This document shows positions 1 through 10,013 of a stretch of 64,000 bases of DNA, in pieces. Under the pieces are notes generated by a model that worked only from the letters and a program-made list of their open reading frames with translations, had not been told where the DNA came from and did not search any database. How positions within the stretch are numbered: the stretch's first letter is position 1; every line of letters begins with the position of its first letter. The DNA is from an uncultured virus (IMG/VR IMGVR_UViG_3300042526_000595) (Duplodnaviria > Heunggongvirae > Uroviricota > Caudoviricetes), in the IMG/VR virus record IMGVR_UViG_3300042526_000595, positions 1 to 64,000 of that record; one strand, written 5' to 3'. Made by a program: the position numbers and the translations under genes.

Positions 1-1
1 A

Positions 2-1564
2 GACCCCTACTTCGCCAAAAAAATTGCCGATGAAAAACTATTGACAAATATTCCCGAACAAGTATGGGTGGAAAAGTTATTAGTTGAGAAAGAAAAATCG
101 TATCATATTTGGGGTAAAGTTCTATCCGGTGAAACTATTAACGAATTTTGGTTACCGAAGGGTGCTTTAATTAAAACACACACAATTAAAGATGTTGTGG
201 TTGATTATGAAAAATATTCTAATCGTCCCCCACTTGAACATCAAAAACTTGCAATTGAGAAACTTGCCGGTTCAAAAAGATTTATTTTAGCCGACGATAT
301 GGGACTAGGTAAGACAACTTCCACCATTATTGCCGCATTAGAAACGGGAGCGAAGAAAATACTAATTGTTTGTCCGGCATCCCTAAAGATTAACTGGCAA
401 AGAGAGATTGAGAACTATACCGATAGAAGTGTTTATATTTCTGAAGGTAAGAATTTCTCAATAGAACACGATTTTGTGATTGTGAATTACGATATCCTTA
501 AAAATTTTTACGACCTTAAAGGTAAAACAGAATCTTTAATCACTCAAGGAAATTTTGATTTAATTATTTTGGACGAAGCTCATTATGTGAGTAATGGACA
601 AGCGGCAAGAACTAAACTTGTTAATAGTTTTGCTAAAAATTGTGAAAGAGTGTGGTTGTTAACGGGGACACCTATGACAAATCGTCCGATGAATTACTTT
701 AACCTATTATCTCTTATTGAGAGTCCGGTTTCCCAAAATTGGATGGCTTACGCAATACGATATTGTCAAGGTTATCAATTTATGGCAGGAAAAAGAAAAA
801 TATGGAATGTTTCGGGAGCATCAAATTTGGAAGAATTAAGAGACAGAACATCAAGACAAGTTTTAAGAAGATTAAAAACCGAAGTTTTAGATTTACCTGA
901 AAAAATTATCACACCAATTTATTTAAGATTAAAATCAAAACTTTACGAAGGGTTGATGGGTGAATATTATGATTGGTATAATAAAAACCCTGATGAATCA
1001 ACATCACTTACCGTTCAGTTCAGTAAGTTAATGAAAGTTCGTCAAGTCATTGCGGAAGAAAAAATTAAAGACACAATAGAGTTGGCTGAAAACATTTTAG
1101 AACAGGATAAAAAAGTTATTATCTTCACCAATTTTACGGACACATTAAATCAGATTGCCGAACATTTTGGAAAAATTGCGGTTAAATTAGATGGTTCAAC
1201 ATCAAAACCTCAACGACAATACGCTGTTGACCAATTTCAAGATAATGAAAAGATTAAAGTGTTTGTTGGTAATGTGAAGGCAGCCGGAGTTGGTATAACT
1301 TTAACCGCCGCTGAAGCTGTAATCATCAATGACTTATCTTTTGTTCCTGGTGACCTAGCACAAGCTGAGGATAGAGCATATAGATATGGACAAAAAAATT
1401 CGGTATCAGTTTATTACCCAATATTCTATAATAGTATAGAAGGAATCATTTATGATATGGTGAATCATAAGAAACAAAATATTAATACCGTAATGGGCGA
1501 TAATATAGAAGAGAAGGGTGATTTCATCGGAGAACTTATGAATAAAATTAACAACCGAGGTTAA
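2..1564 (+). CDS. SNF2/SWI2-family (HARP-like) helicase, 5' truncated by window edge
   Basis: LADDMGLGKT (Walker A), IILDEAH, LTGTP, QAEDRAYRYGQ motif VI; frame is open from position 2, so the TTG at 41 is probably internal. Confidence 0.93.
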   Translation, partial: DPYFAKKIADEKLLTNIPEQVWVEKLLVEKEKSYHIWGKVLSGETINEFWLPKGALIKTHTIKDVVVDYEKYSNRPPLEHQKLAIEKLAGSKRFILADDMGLGKTTSTIIAALETGAKKILIVCPASLKINWQREIENYTDRSVYISEGKNFSIEHDFVIVNYDILKNFYDLKGKTESLITQGNFDLIILDEAHYVSNGQAARTKLVNSFAKNCERVWLLTGTPMTNRPMNYFNLLSLIESPVSQNWMAYAIRYCQGYQFMAGKRKIWNVSGASNLEELRDRTSRQVLRRLKTEVLDLPEKIITPIYLRLKSKLYEGLMGEYYDWYNKNPDESTSLTVQFSKLMKVRQVIAEEKIKDTIELAENILEQDKKVIIFTNFTDTLNQIAEHFGKIAVKLDGSTSKPQRQYAVDQFQDNEKIKVFVGNVKAAGVGITLTAAEAVIINDLSFVPGDLAQAEDRAYRYGQKNSVSVYYPIFYNSIEGIIYDMVNHKKQNINTVMGDNIEEKGDFIGELMNKINNRG

Positions 1565-1578
1565 TTCGGTTGTTAAGA

Positions 1579-1586
1579 TATTTATA
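1579..1586 (+). promoter_or_regulatory. Putative phage late promoter TATTTATA
   Basis: Motif recurs just upstream of at least 12 genes in this window; here 15 nt before ATG 1602. Confidence 0.7.
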
Positions 1587-1601
1587 TAACAAATAAGCCA
1601 A

Positions 1602-3140
1602 ATGAAAAAGATTGAAGAAAAAATCAATCTCATAACAGAAGAACTAAAAAAAGTTGAAACCTACGAAAATCAACAAATGTTCATTAATGAGATGAAAAAA
1701 ATAGGGATAGAGAAATTACCCTACGCCTATTCAGCATTAAAACAATTTATTGATGCTGAAACAATGAATTACCATTATAATAAACACTATAAAGGATATG
1801 TTGATAAATTAAATTCAGCCCTTAAAAAGAAAGATTATGGTGATTTAGAATTAGAAGAAATTATTAAATCAATAAGTAGATTTGATAAGACAATTAGGAA
1901 CAATGCCGGAGGAGCTTTTAACCACGCATTGTTTTGGAAAATGTTAACCCCAAAAAAACAAACACCAAATGGTGAAATTATTAGGCAAATTAAAAAAGAT
2001 TTCACTACCTTTGTCAAGTTTAAAAATAAGTTTGAGGAAATTGCTCAAGAAAAATTTGGTTCAGGTTGGGTTTGGTTAGTTTTAACAAAACGAAATACCC
2101 TAAAAATCGTAACCACAGAAAATCAAGACAACCCTCTTATGAATGTTATAGACGACGGAGGTTATCCAATATTAGGATTAGATTTATGGGAACACGCATA
2201 TTATTTAAAATATAGAAATAAAAAAAATGACTATATTAAGAATTTTTGGAAATGTGTTAATTGGGAATTTGTTAATAAACTATATACAATGAGAATTGAG
2301 ACTAAACTAAATGAATCATTAAATTTTAAATCTGTAATTTCTGAAGGTAAATCAGAAAGATGTAGTAGAGAAGAAAACGAAGCTATTCGTATGGTTTTTA
2401 ATATCAACCCGAAAATTAAACAAATTTTTATGGAAGGTATTAATCACATCCTTAAAGAAGTTTTTCCGGATAACTATTATGGATATGGTGAATACGCTAA
2501 AGGTGAAATGTCGGGGGTCTATGATTTAGAAAGAGATGGTCGTTCTGTCTTAAATAAATTAAACACAAACTATAGTTGTTTCTGTGTTCTTCTTAACGAC
2601 ACAAATCAAGTTTTAAAATCCGCAAATTTACCTGAAATTAAAATTGTTGGTTTAAAACCTGCTGAACAAATTGAGGAAACTAAAAAATTCCTTATTTTCT
2701 TACACGAATATAAATTTAGAATATTTAAACAAACTTCAGCAACATTTCAAAACATTATGAAAGTTTTAACCCAAACCGATACTTGGGGACAAGCTCGTGA
2801 AGATAAAACAGTTGAGATTTTAAAGAAAAAATTTGGGAAAGATAATGTTAACGCCATTGGTAAATTAGGGAGTAAAGCCGATATGATTGGTGGTGTAGAT
2901 TGTGAAGTCATCATTAACGGTAGAAAATTAAGTAGTCAAATAAAGCCATTTGGAAGTATTGAAGCTACCGGTGAAGAAATTACCGTTATTGGTTCAGGTG
3001 CCGTTAAAAAATACTACACAGATTGGTTAATTTTTACTAGAAATAATAAAGATGTTTTAATTTTCAGAAATAAAAATTCAAAAATCGTTAATGGACAATA
3101 TGTTTTTCCTAAAGGAGATTTAATTTATTCATTAAATTGA
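1602..3140 (+). CDS. sod: Mn/Fe superoxide dismutase fused to a C-terminal PD-(D/E)xK-like domain
   Basis: LPYAYSAL, HYNKH, NNAGGAFNHALFW, FGSGWVW, NQDNP, DLWEHAYY; about 270 extra residues containing E...GVD...QIK. Confidence 0.9.
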   Translation: MKKIEEKINLITEELKKVETYENQQMFINEMKKIGIEKLPYAYSALKQFIDAETMNYHYNKHYKGYVDKLNSALKKKDYGDLELEEIIKSISRFDKTIRNNAGGAFNHALFWKMLTPKKQTPNGEIIRQIKKDFTTFVKFKNKFEEIAQEKFGSGWVWLVLTKRNTLKIVTTENQDNPLMNVIDDGGYPILGLDLWEHAYYLKYRNKKNDYIKNFWKCVNWEFVNKLYTMRIETKLNESLNFKSVISEGKSERCSREENEAIRMVFNINPKIKQIFMEGINHILKEVFPDNYYGYGEYAKGEMSGVYDLERDGRSVLNKLNTNYSCFCVLLNDTNQVLKSANLPEIKIVGLKPAEQIEETKKFLIFLHEYKFRIFKQTSATFQNIMKVLTQTDTWGQAREDKTVEILKKKFGKDNVNAIGKLGSKADMIGGVDCEVIINGRKLSSQIKPFGSIEATGEEITVIGSGAVKKYYTDWLIFTRNNKDVLIFRNKNSKIVNGQYVFPKGDLIYSLN

Positions 3141-3148
3141 TATTTATA
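3141..3148 (+). promoter_or_regulatory. Putative late promoter TATTTATA
   Basis: Exact motif 13 nt before ATG 3162. Confidence 0.7.
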
Positions 3149-3161
3149 AATAAAAAGAACT

Positions 3162-4274
3162 ATGTCAATAATCCCAGAACCTCAAAGAACCGCGTTATAC
3201 ACGAGAATTAAACATTTACTTGGTGCACCACTTCGCTCAATAGAAATTGAGGACGAAATGATGGATAGTTTGTTAGAATTATCTATCGGTGATTATTCCC
3301 AATATGTCCAAGATTGGTTAATAGAATCCCAATGGACATCCTTATATAATCTTAATCTTGATACACAATCATTATCAAAAGCTTTTATAACAAAAAGTTT
3401 AGATTTTGAAACAAGATACACCTATGCGTATTCTAAAATTGTTGGATTACAGGCTGGTGGTGATTGGGAACTTAAAAAAGATTATATACAACTTGAACGG
3501 AATCAACAAATATATGAAATTCCTGCAAATAGAGAAATTAATGAGGTTTTATGGTTTACCCCCGCAGAACTTAATAATTTATTATTTGACCCTTGGACTT
3601 TCGGAGCTTTAGGTGCCGGTGGTTTAGGTGGACCTGGTGGTTTTTCACAAATGGGTATGTCAGGTTCGTTTTTTATGATGCCGGCCTTTGATATGTTATT
3701 GAGAATGCAAGAAATTAATATTCAAAGAAGAATAATCGCAGGTGAATTAACATATAGAATAACCGCACTTCCTGATGGTAAAAAAGCATTACACTTAATG
3801 AATACACCAGGTGGTAAATTTGACTTTGGTAATTCAACATTAACAAGAGGTAAGGTATGGTATTGGTACTACGATGTTGGTCCGGCGGATAGAGATAAAT
3901 GTTTAAAAGCAAATCCGGATATTATTACACTCCCTTCTGATGTTCCATTTGAAGAAATTTCTTGGGTTGATTTAAATAACCCTGCTCAACAATGGGTTAG
4001 AAGATGGTTTACTGCATATGTAAAACAAACATTGGCAAGAGTTAGAGGTAAATTTAGTGGGAATGTTAAAACACCGGATAGTGAATTAACTATGGATTAC
4101 GCATCATTAGCAACAGAAGGTGCAGACGAAAAATCAAAACTTGAAGAAGAATTAAAATTAAGGTTGGAGAGATTACGACCAGATAAAATGATGGAAAGAG
4201 AAGCTTTATTAGCAGAGAATTTAAATAAATCTTTGAAATTTAGAGCAATGCCAAGACAAATTTATGTGATTTAA
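3162..4274 (+). CDS. Neck/head-tail adaptor protein, T4 gp13-like
   Basis: N-terminal RIKHLLGAPLRSIEI and C-terminal WVRRWFTAYVKQTLARVRGKFSG resemble the conserved gp13 blocks. Confidence 0.75.
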   Translation: MSIIPEPQRTALYTRIKHLLGAPLRSIEIEDEMMDSLLELSIGDYSQYVQDWLIESQWTSLYNLNLDTQSLSKAFITKSLDFETRYTYAYSKIVGLQAGGDWELKKDYIQLERNQQIYEIPANREINEVLWFTPAELNNLLFDPWTFGALGAGGLGGPGGFSQMGMSGSFFMMPAFDMLLRMQEINIQRRIIAGELTYRITALPDGKKALHLMNTPGGKFDFGNSTLTRGKVWYWYYDVGPADRDKCLKANPDIITLPSDVPFEEISWVDLNNPAQQWVRRWFTAYVKQTLARVRGKFSGNVKTPDSELTMDYASLATEGADEKSKLEEELKLRLERLRPDKMMEREALLAENLNKSLKFRAMPRQIYVI

Positions 4275-4279
4275 AAAAT

Positions 4280-4639
4280 ATGTTAAATTTAAATAGACAA
4301 ACAGAAAAAAAAGTAGTTGGGGATAAAAGATTTTATAATGAAGTTTATGAAGTTAATGTCCAAGATATAAAAAAAGTTATCACGGACGAAGTTTATAATA
4401 CTAAAGGTGAGGTTTTAATATTGGCCAAAGGTGTTAATGAATGTAGGATAGTTTTAGATTCGGAGACTACAGAACATATAATCATCAAAGCATTAACAAA
4501 AGTTTATATCACCCCAAGCTCAAACAAAATTGATGAGTATTATGATGAAATTTTTATTGATAAAGGAGCTTGTGTCGAATTTTATTTAATAGAAAATAAT
4601 TGGTATATCGTCTCAAGTGATGGTTTAAAATTAGAATAA
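4280..4639 (+). CDS. Hypothetical protein
   Basis: 119-aa ORF tightly packed after the neck gene. Confidence 0.7.
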   Translation: MLNLNRQTEKKVVGDKRFYNEVYEVNVQDIKKVITDEVYNTKGEVLILAKGVNECRIVLDSETTEHIIIKALTKVYITPSSNKIDEYYDEIFIDKGACVEFYLIENNWYIVSSDGLKLE

Positions 4640-4640
4640 A

Positions 4641-4666
4641 AAAAGGTGTCGTATTCGACACCTTTT
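4641..4666. terminator. Bidirectional intrinsic terminator
   Basis: AAAAGGTGTCG-TATT-CGACACCTTTT between convergent genes. Confidence 0.85.
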
Positions 4667-4671
4667 CTGTT

Positions 4672-7461
4672 TTAACTAATATGTTCTTCCCATCCTGGTT
4701 CAGCTAAGTCATAAATGTATTCAGAACTAACACCAACTCTCTCCCAAAATTTTAATTCTAAATCGGTGATAGTTAATAAATCCTCAATCGTATCTTGGTC
4801 ACCCTCTTTATTCGGAACACCCCCAATTAATTCACATTGTGTTTTAGTAAAAAACCCTCTGTCTTCCGGATTGGTAATTAACAAACTTTCCCTCAATTCT
4901 TTATTAAAAACAATTAATAAAGGTTCAACCTTTTTATTAAATGTTGAGATTGCTCTCGGAACATTATAATCACCGGTTAAATCGGGATTATTCTCAATCT
5001 CGGTTTGGTCTAATAGATAACAATTAAGTTGTATTGTTGAGCTTGTTTTGTTTTCTGGTTCCATACCATTAACAGATGTAAATAAATCTAATTCTTTTTT
5101 AGTATAATTGTTTTTTGTTATTTTTTGAACGTCTCCGTGAGAAGCTTTAGTTCCGTTATTAACATAACTAATAACATCACCCAACGATACTTTTAAATCG
5201 TGTTTGATAACCAGTTCAAGGTGAGCCATTCTACTCATAAGCGAACCCGCTTTTGTTTTTTGAGTACATCGTTTTTTATAATCGTCAACTGACAATTTAA
5301 CCCTTGCTCTTTGAGCGATTTGTTTTAATGGAATTTGTTGGTCAAAGATTCTTTGGTGATATTCAAAATACCACTCAATAAATTCTTGTCCTTTCCCTTC
5401 CAATAACAATTTAACCCCTTTATCCAAAAATACTTCTATGTATAATGGTAATTTTTTAGATTTAATTGAGTTCCCCGTTAATTTAATTTTACCATTGGAT
5501 TCCATCGTGGCGTAATTCTTTCTACTTAAATTAATACAAGAATCCCAAGTTCCGTCACAATCTAATCCCATCTCACCTTTCATAAACAAATCATTATACT
5601 CGGCAGTGTCGGCATAATATCCTCTATATTCTTTACCCTCTTTAACCAACCAATTTAATCCTTTCCCGATATAAACTCTATCATCAACACCACCTTCAGG
5701 TAAACTAAAGTTAACACCATCGGTATCAAGTACCAAAGGAGTATAACCTCGTTTAACGAAGTATTTTACCATCTGACGAAGATATTGTCGTCCCGTACAA
5801 GTAATTCGTTCTCCACTATTCATTTCACCCCATTCGTAAACATGGGGAGCTGATAATCCACCGAACATTGAGTTAATAAAGATTTTTAAAGGTAATTGTT
5901 TTCTATCGTATGATAATGATTTTTTAGAATCAATTGATTTATATTCGGACGCTAAGTTTTTATACATAATACGAGCATTACGGAAATAAGTTAACATACC
6001 TTTCATTCCCCCCATTACATCACACTCGGGAAACACATCGTGTACCAACTGAATGGATGGGTATAATGAAGAGTAGTCAAGTTTTAATACATTGGTAGAG
6101 TATCCCACTTTAAGTAGTCTAGAAAGTCCTCCTACGAAATCCGTCTTCTCTTCTTTAGCGGGGATAGCCAATTTATTCTTATAAGACCAAGCCAACATAA
6201 TCATTCTCCATAGAGTTGCGGTTCCCATTGTGGAAACTCTTTCATATGTTGTTGGTACCATCGATGCGAGTAGAAACGTTCCTTGGTTGAATTCATCATC
6301 CACTGTCAACGTCTCCTCTAAATCGTCGTCAAGATATCTCTCCACAATATTATCACCTGTCACCTTTAAGTATTTACCGGGGAATCTTGTGTCTAAATTA
6401 TTGAAGTCCGGATTATCGGCTCTTTTATATTTTCCATTCTCAACATTTAACCAATATTCTTCTTTTTTGGCATACATCGGACCAATCTCTAAATGGTCAA
6501 TATAAACTCGGTCAGGCGCTTCGGCTTTAATATATTGAGTTATGTATTTAAGACCGGCTGACTTAATACTTGAATTGATTGCTTGTGCTCTACGAACAGA
6601 GTGGATAATATCTATCACATTATAACCCCATAATTGAGTTTGTGAGAATCTCTCTACCTCATTAGCAAGTTTTAACATACCATCTTTTTGTCCGATAGGT
6701 CTTGCAGGATTTAAAGATTTAGCAATCTTTTTGATATCTAAATGAAGAGCTTTACATCTCTCAAATATCCAAAACCAGTCAAAGTTTGCCGAATTGTATC
6801 CACCAATAATTGATGGTTTAAGTTCATCGATAATATTAAAGAATTCCACTAAACCTTTTCTTTCTTGGTCTTCATCGGCACACTCAATAACTTTTTGATA
6901 ACCTTTATTTGTTTTGATTCCAATCATAAATATACGACCATCTTTAGGTTCTAAAGCAGTCGTCTCCAAGTCAAATCCGAGTCGGGTGATGTCGTTGTAT
7001 TCCTCATACCCTTTGAATAACCTTTTCTCTCTTGAAATAAGGAATTGTTCTACCGGTGGAAGTACCGTTAATTTTCCTTTTGTTTTTTCACCCCACGGGT
7101 CAACACCACCATCCCTAAAGAATTGGATAAGAGAACGATAACCCTTCATTGATTTAACCATATATTTGAGACCTTTTTCTAATCTCTCATTACCTTTGGT
7201 TTCTAACTTCTCAATGATGATTCCGTGTTTTTTCATTGCGTCTCGTTGTTGGTCTTTGGACTTTGAATAAAAATTCAAATCTCTTAAATCACCAACCCAA
7301 GCAAATGCCGTAAATGTGTCTTTTTTGATTATTTTTCCCTGACCAGGGATTTCTTTAATTTTGTAGATTGAGTCCGATGCGTAATCATACTCAATAGCAA
7401 CGATGTGCTCTTCCGGGTCATTCCCTTCTAGGAACGCCTTAATCTCTTCTTGTGTAACCAT
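4672..7461 (-). CDS. DNA polymerase family B
   Basis: Exo I FDLETT, Exo II YNSANFD, motif A LDYSSLYPS, motif B KIFINSMFG, motif C LDTDG. Confidence 0.95.
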   Translation of the reverse strand: MVTQEEIKAFLEGNDPEEHIVAIEYDYASDSIYKIKEIPGQGKIIKKDTFTAFAWVGDLRDLNFYSKSKDQQRDAMKKHGIIIEKLETKGNERLEKGLKYMVKSMKGYRSLIQFFRDGGVDPWGEKTKGKLTVLPPVEQFLISREKRLFKGYEEYNDITRLGFDLETTALEPKDGRIFMIGIKTNKGYQKVIECADEDQERKGLVEFFNIIDELKPSIIGGYNSANFDWFWIFERCKALHLDIKKIAKSLNPARPIGQKDGMLKLANEVERFSQTQLWGYNVIDIIHSVRRAQAINSSIKSAGLKYITQYIKAEAPDRVYIDHLEIGPMYAKKEEYWLNVENGKYKRADNPDFNNLDTRFPGKYLKVTGDNIVERYLDDDLEETLTVDDEFNQGTFLLASMVPTTYERVSTMGTATLWRMIMLAWSYKNKLAIPAKEEKTDFVGGLSRLLKVGYSTNVLKLDYSSLYPSIQLVHDVFPECDVMGGMKGMLTYFRNARIMYKNLASEYKSIDSKKSLSYDRKQLPLKIFINSMFGGLSAPHVYEWGEMNSGERITCTGRQYLRQMVKYFVKRGYTPLVLDTDGVNFSLPEGGVDDRVYIGKGLNWLVKEGKEYRGYYADTAEYNDLFMKGEMGLDCDGTWDSCINLSRKNYATMESNGKIKLTGNSIKSKKLPLYIEVFLDKGVKLLLEGKGQEFIEWYFEYHQRIFDQQIPLKQIAQRARVKLSVDDYKKRCTQKTKAGSLMSRMAHLELVIKHDLKVSLGDVISYVNNGTKASHGDVQKITKNNYTKKELDLFTSVNGMEPENKTSSTIQLNCYLLDQTEIENNPDLTGDYNVPRAISTFNKKVEPLLIVFNKELRESLLITNPEDRGFFTKTQCELIGGVPNKEGDQDTIEDLLTITDLELKFWERVGVSSEYIYDLAEPGWEEHIS

Positions 7462-7519
7462 AAATATATTTTTTAGAATGACATATTAGCACTGATTAAT
7501 TTCAGGTTTGTCTTGTTTC

Positions 7520-7552
7520 TATAAATATAATTATTTAAAATAAAGAAGTCAA
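7520..7552 (-). promoter_or_regulatory. Promoter of DNA polymerase (TTGACT-N17-TATATTTATA)
   Basis: -35-like TTGACT and TATTTATA box on minus strand, about 60 nt upstream of the start codon. Confidence 0.6.
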
Positions 7553-8482
7553 TTAGGACCTAATTTCTGTGGCAAAACAAATCTCGCCTCGTTCTCTTAT
7601 TAATCTTTGCATGTCAGTAAATGAAATGTATGCGTGACCAGATTGTCCCCAAGATTGACCCCAACTATTTTTTATTCTGAAAAGTTTAGTCACCGTATTA
7701 ACACCATTAATAACATATGCGTGTCCACCAGCAATACGACCACTAATTTTAATTAAACCATTTCTATTAGGGTAAAACATTCCGTTATACCAATTAGTTC
7801 CAACAACAACAGGTCCCAAATTTAAAACGGAATTTATTAAGGTTGTTAAATTAAAACCCCAGTAATATGATGAAACTTTACCAACACTCTGCAAATATTT
7901 AACACCACCTCTAACTGAAGTACCATCATAATTCTCACCAGCCCATTCATCAACTCTTTGAGCATTTTCATAAATTACTTTAGGTGGTATTATTGGACCA
8001 ATCCCACTTTGAGGAACCGGACCATCTTCTAACCAATGAGCCCAAGCATATCCAACACATTGGGGTGTATTACCTTGATTACCCCACCATCCATTAGCGT
8101 CCCAATATTTATTGGTAATTCTAACAGGGGCAACACTTAAAAGGTTGTTGATTGGATATTTATTGTCTCTTTCATCAGGAACATATTGTCTACCTAATTG
8201 ATATGTTTGATTAATATTCTCATCTAAAACATTAGGTGTTGGTATTGGTCTTTTAAACATTTTCTCTGTTGCAATAGCAACAACATCAATAGATTCTAAT
8301 TCATTCGTATGACCTTTGTGTAGTTCTAAAAGAGCTGAAAGTCTCACTTTTTCTGCACCTTGGGCAGCATCTACTCTTTGTGTAATTTTAGCAATGTTTT
8401 CTGCATTCTTAACAAGTCTGCTAATTTTAGCTTCTTGTTGTTTAGTAATAAGTTCTTCTAATGTAAATTCTTTGTTTGTCAT
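7553..8482 (-). CDS. Papain-like (C1) cysteine peptidase with N-terminal helical extension
   Basis: QGNTPQCVGYAW (Gln/Cys), GGHAY (His), KNSWG (Asn). Confidence 0.88.
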   Translation of the reverse strand: MTNKEFTLEELITKQQEAKISRLVKNAENIAKITQRVDAAQGAEKVRLSALLELHKGHTNELESIDVVAIATEKMFKRPIPTPNVLDENINQTYQLGRQYVPDERDNKYPINNLLSVAPVRITNKYWDANGWWGNQGNTPQCVGYAWAHWLEDGPVPQSGIGPIIPPKVIYENAQRVDEWAGENYDGTSVRGGVKYLQSVGKVSSYYWGFNLTTLINSVLNLGPVVVGTNWYNGMFYPNRNGLIKISGRIAGGHAYVINGVNTVTKLFRIKNSWGQSWGQSGHAYISFTDMQRLIRERGEICFATEIRS

Positions 8483-8486
8483 AATT

Positions 8487-9968
8487 TTATATTGTTATTA
8501 TCGTTACTGTATTATTAACTTGTAGATATTGTATATCACCATCAGGGCTTCCGCTGTTGCAAGTCATAAGAGTTGATGGTACAGTTAGTGTGATTGTGTT
8601 AGCCATAATACTATTAAATACGTCATTATCTAAAACTGTTCCTCCTAGGTCAGTACAAGCTGGTAGGCTAATTGTTGTTAATGATGTGCAAGCATAGAAA
8701 CAATAATAACCTGCTGTTGTTAATAGTGGTAAATCTATTGTTGTTAGTGATGTACAATCGTAGAAACAATAATCACCTGCTGTTGTTAATAGTGGTAAAT
8801 CTATTGTTGTTAGTGATGTACAATCGTAGAAACAATAATAACCTGCTGTTGTTAATAGTGGTAAATCAACTGTTGTTAGTGATGTACAATATGCAAAACA
8901 ATAATCACCTGCTGTTGTTAATAATGGTAAATCTATTGCTGTTAGTGATGTACAATATGCAAAACAACTATAACCTGCTGTTGTTAGTAATGGTAAGTTT
9001 AAATTAATTAAATTTACACATTCGCCAAAAGCACCGTAATCATTTTGTGGACTATCCTGCCATCCATAAGCAATTGTACAAGCAGGTAAATCAACTGTTG
9101 TTAAACCATAGCAATAAGTAAAAGCATCACCACCAACTGATGTTATACAATTTGCTGTATCTACAACACTAATCAAAAAAGTATTATAGTTGTAATCATA
9201 CATTAAAGCTGGCTTCACTTTAATATTACTACCACCTATTAAACTAACTTCATTCCCAACCACTTCTACACTTGTAAATGGATTACCATATGTAGGCAAA
9301 TCAAAGAACGTATTCCAATCTTCTACACTACTAGAATCTCCTACTAATAAATCTGCATTTGCTATATCATCAAATGTTAGTCTTAATCCAAGAGTTGATG
9401 GTGGTGTAGGTGTAGGTGTCATTGTCGGTGTTTGAGTTGGCGTAGGCGTTGGAGTTTCAGTATTTGTCGGAGTAGGAGTAGGTGTTTCTGTATTTGTAGG
9501 CGTAGGAGTAGGTGTTTCTGTATTTGTAGGCGTAGGAGTAGGTGTTAATTCATTAACACAGCAAGGAAATTCTGAAACATAACAACTATCATAAGCTAAA
9601 TCGTCAGCAATGAAGGATTCCTGAATATTAATATTAAGTTTTTCTCTAATTGGTAAAATAAGAACACCATCAGAATTTCTTAACATAAATTCACCCTCAT
9701 ATCTACCAACACGATTGGTGTCTTTTGATGTGAATTGGTAATATATGTAATATTCTGGTTCGGCATTGGGGTCCATTGAGGTTTTCTCAACAAATCCGCC
9801 CGGTCTTGAAGTGATTTTTGGTATCCCCGTTTCAACATCCACCATTGAGAAGAAAATGGAAGATACCTCTATCATATCCATAAAATTATTATAATCGTTT
9901 CTTCCGTTTTTTACGACTTCTAATTTAATTACCGGTAATGTAGAATTTTTTTTGATATAGAAATTCAT
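8487..9968 (-). CDS. Putative virion protein: BppU-like N-terminal domain, Pro/Thr linker, BspA-type LRRs
   Basis: [12 protein letters not shown]...VGRYEGEF N-domain; ([10 protein letters not shown])n; [20 protein letters not shown] repeats. Confidence 0.75.
   Translation of the reverse strand: MNFYIKKNSTLPVIKLEVVKNGRNDYNNFMDMIEVSSIFFSMVDVETGIPKITSRPGGFVEKTSMDPNAEPEYYIYYQFTSKDTNRVGRYEGEFMLRNSDGVLILPIREKLNINIQESFIADDLAYDSCYVSEFPCCVNELTPTPTPTNTETPTPTPTNTETPTPTPTNTETPTPTPTQTPTMTPTPTPPSTLGLRLTFDDIANADLLVGDSSSVEDWNTFFDLPTYGNPFTSVEVVGNEVSLIGGSNIKVKPALMYDYNYNTFLISVVDTANCITSVGGDAFTYCYGLTTVDLPACTIAYGWQDSPQNDYGAFGECVNLINLNLPLLTTAGYSCFAYCTSLTAIDLPLLTTAGDYCFAYCTSLTTVDLPLLTTAGYYCFYDCTSLTTIDLPLLTTAGDYCFYDCTSLTTIDLPLLTTAGYYCFYACTSLTTISLPACTDLGGTVLDNDVFNSIMANTITLTVPSTLMTCNSGSPDGDIQYLQVNNTVTIITI
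8665..9005 (-). repeat. Tandem 66-bp (22-aa) LRR-coding repeats, about 5 copies
   Basis: Near-identical units of acctgctgttgttaatagtggtaaatctattgttgttagtgatgtacaa at 66-bp spacing. Confidence 0.9.
9400..9546 (-). repeat. Pro/Thr linker repeat (30-bp units)
   Basis: gtaggcgtaggagtaggtgtttctgtattt repeated. Confidence 0.85.
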
Positions 9969-9981
9969 TTAAAGTTTTTAT

Positions 9982-9989
9982 TATAAATA
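9982..9989 (-). promoter_or_regulatory. Putative late promoter TATTTATA
   Basis: 13 nt upstream of the minus-strand start at 9968. Confidence 0.65.
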
Positions 9990-10013
9990 GTTGGGTTTTT
10001 AAAAATAAATGAT

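Noticed and set aside
4672..7461. Intein or intron in DNA polymerase
   Set aside because: Continuous ORF with normally spaced motifs and no intein-like block seen.
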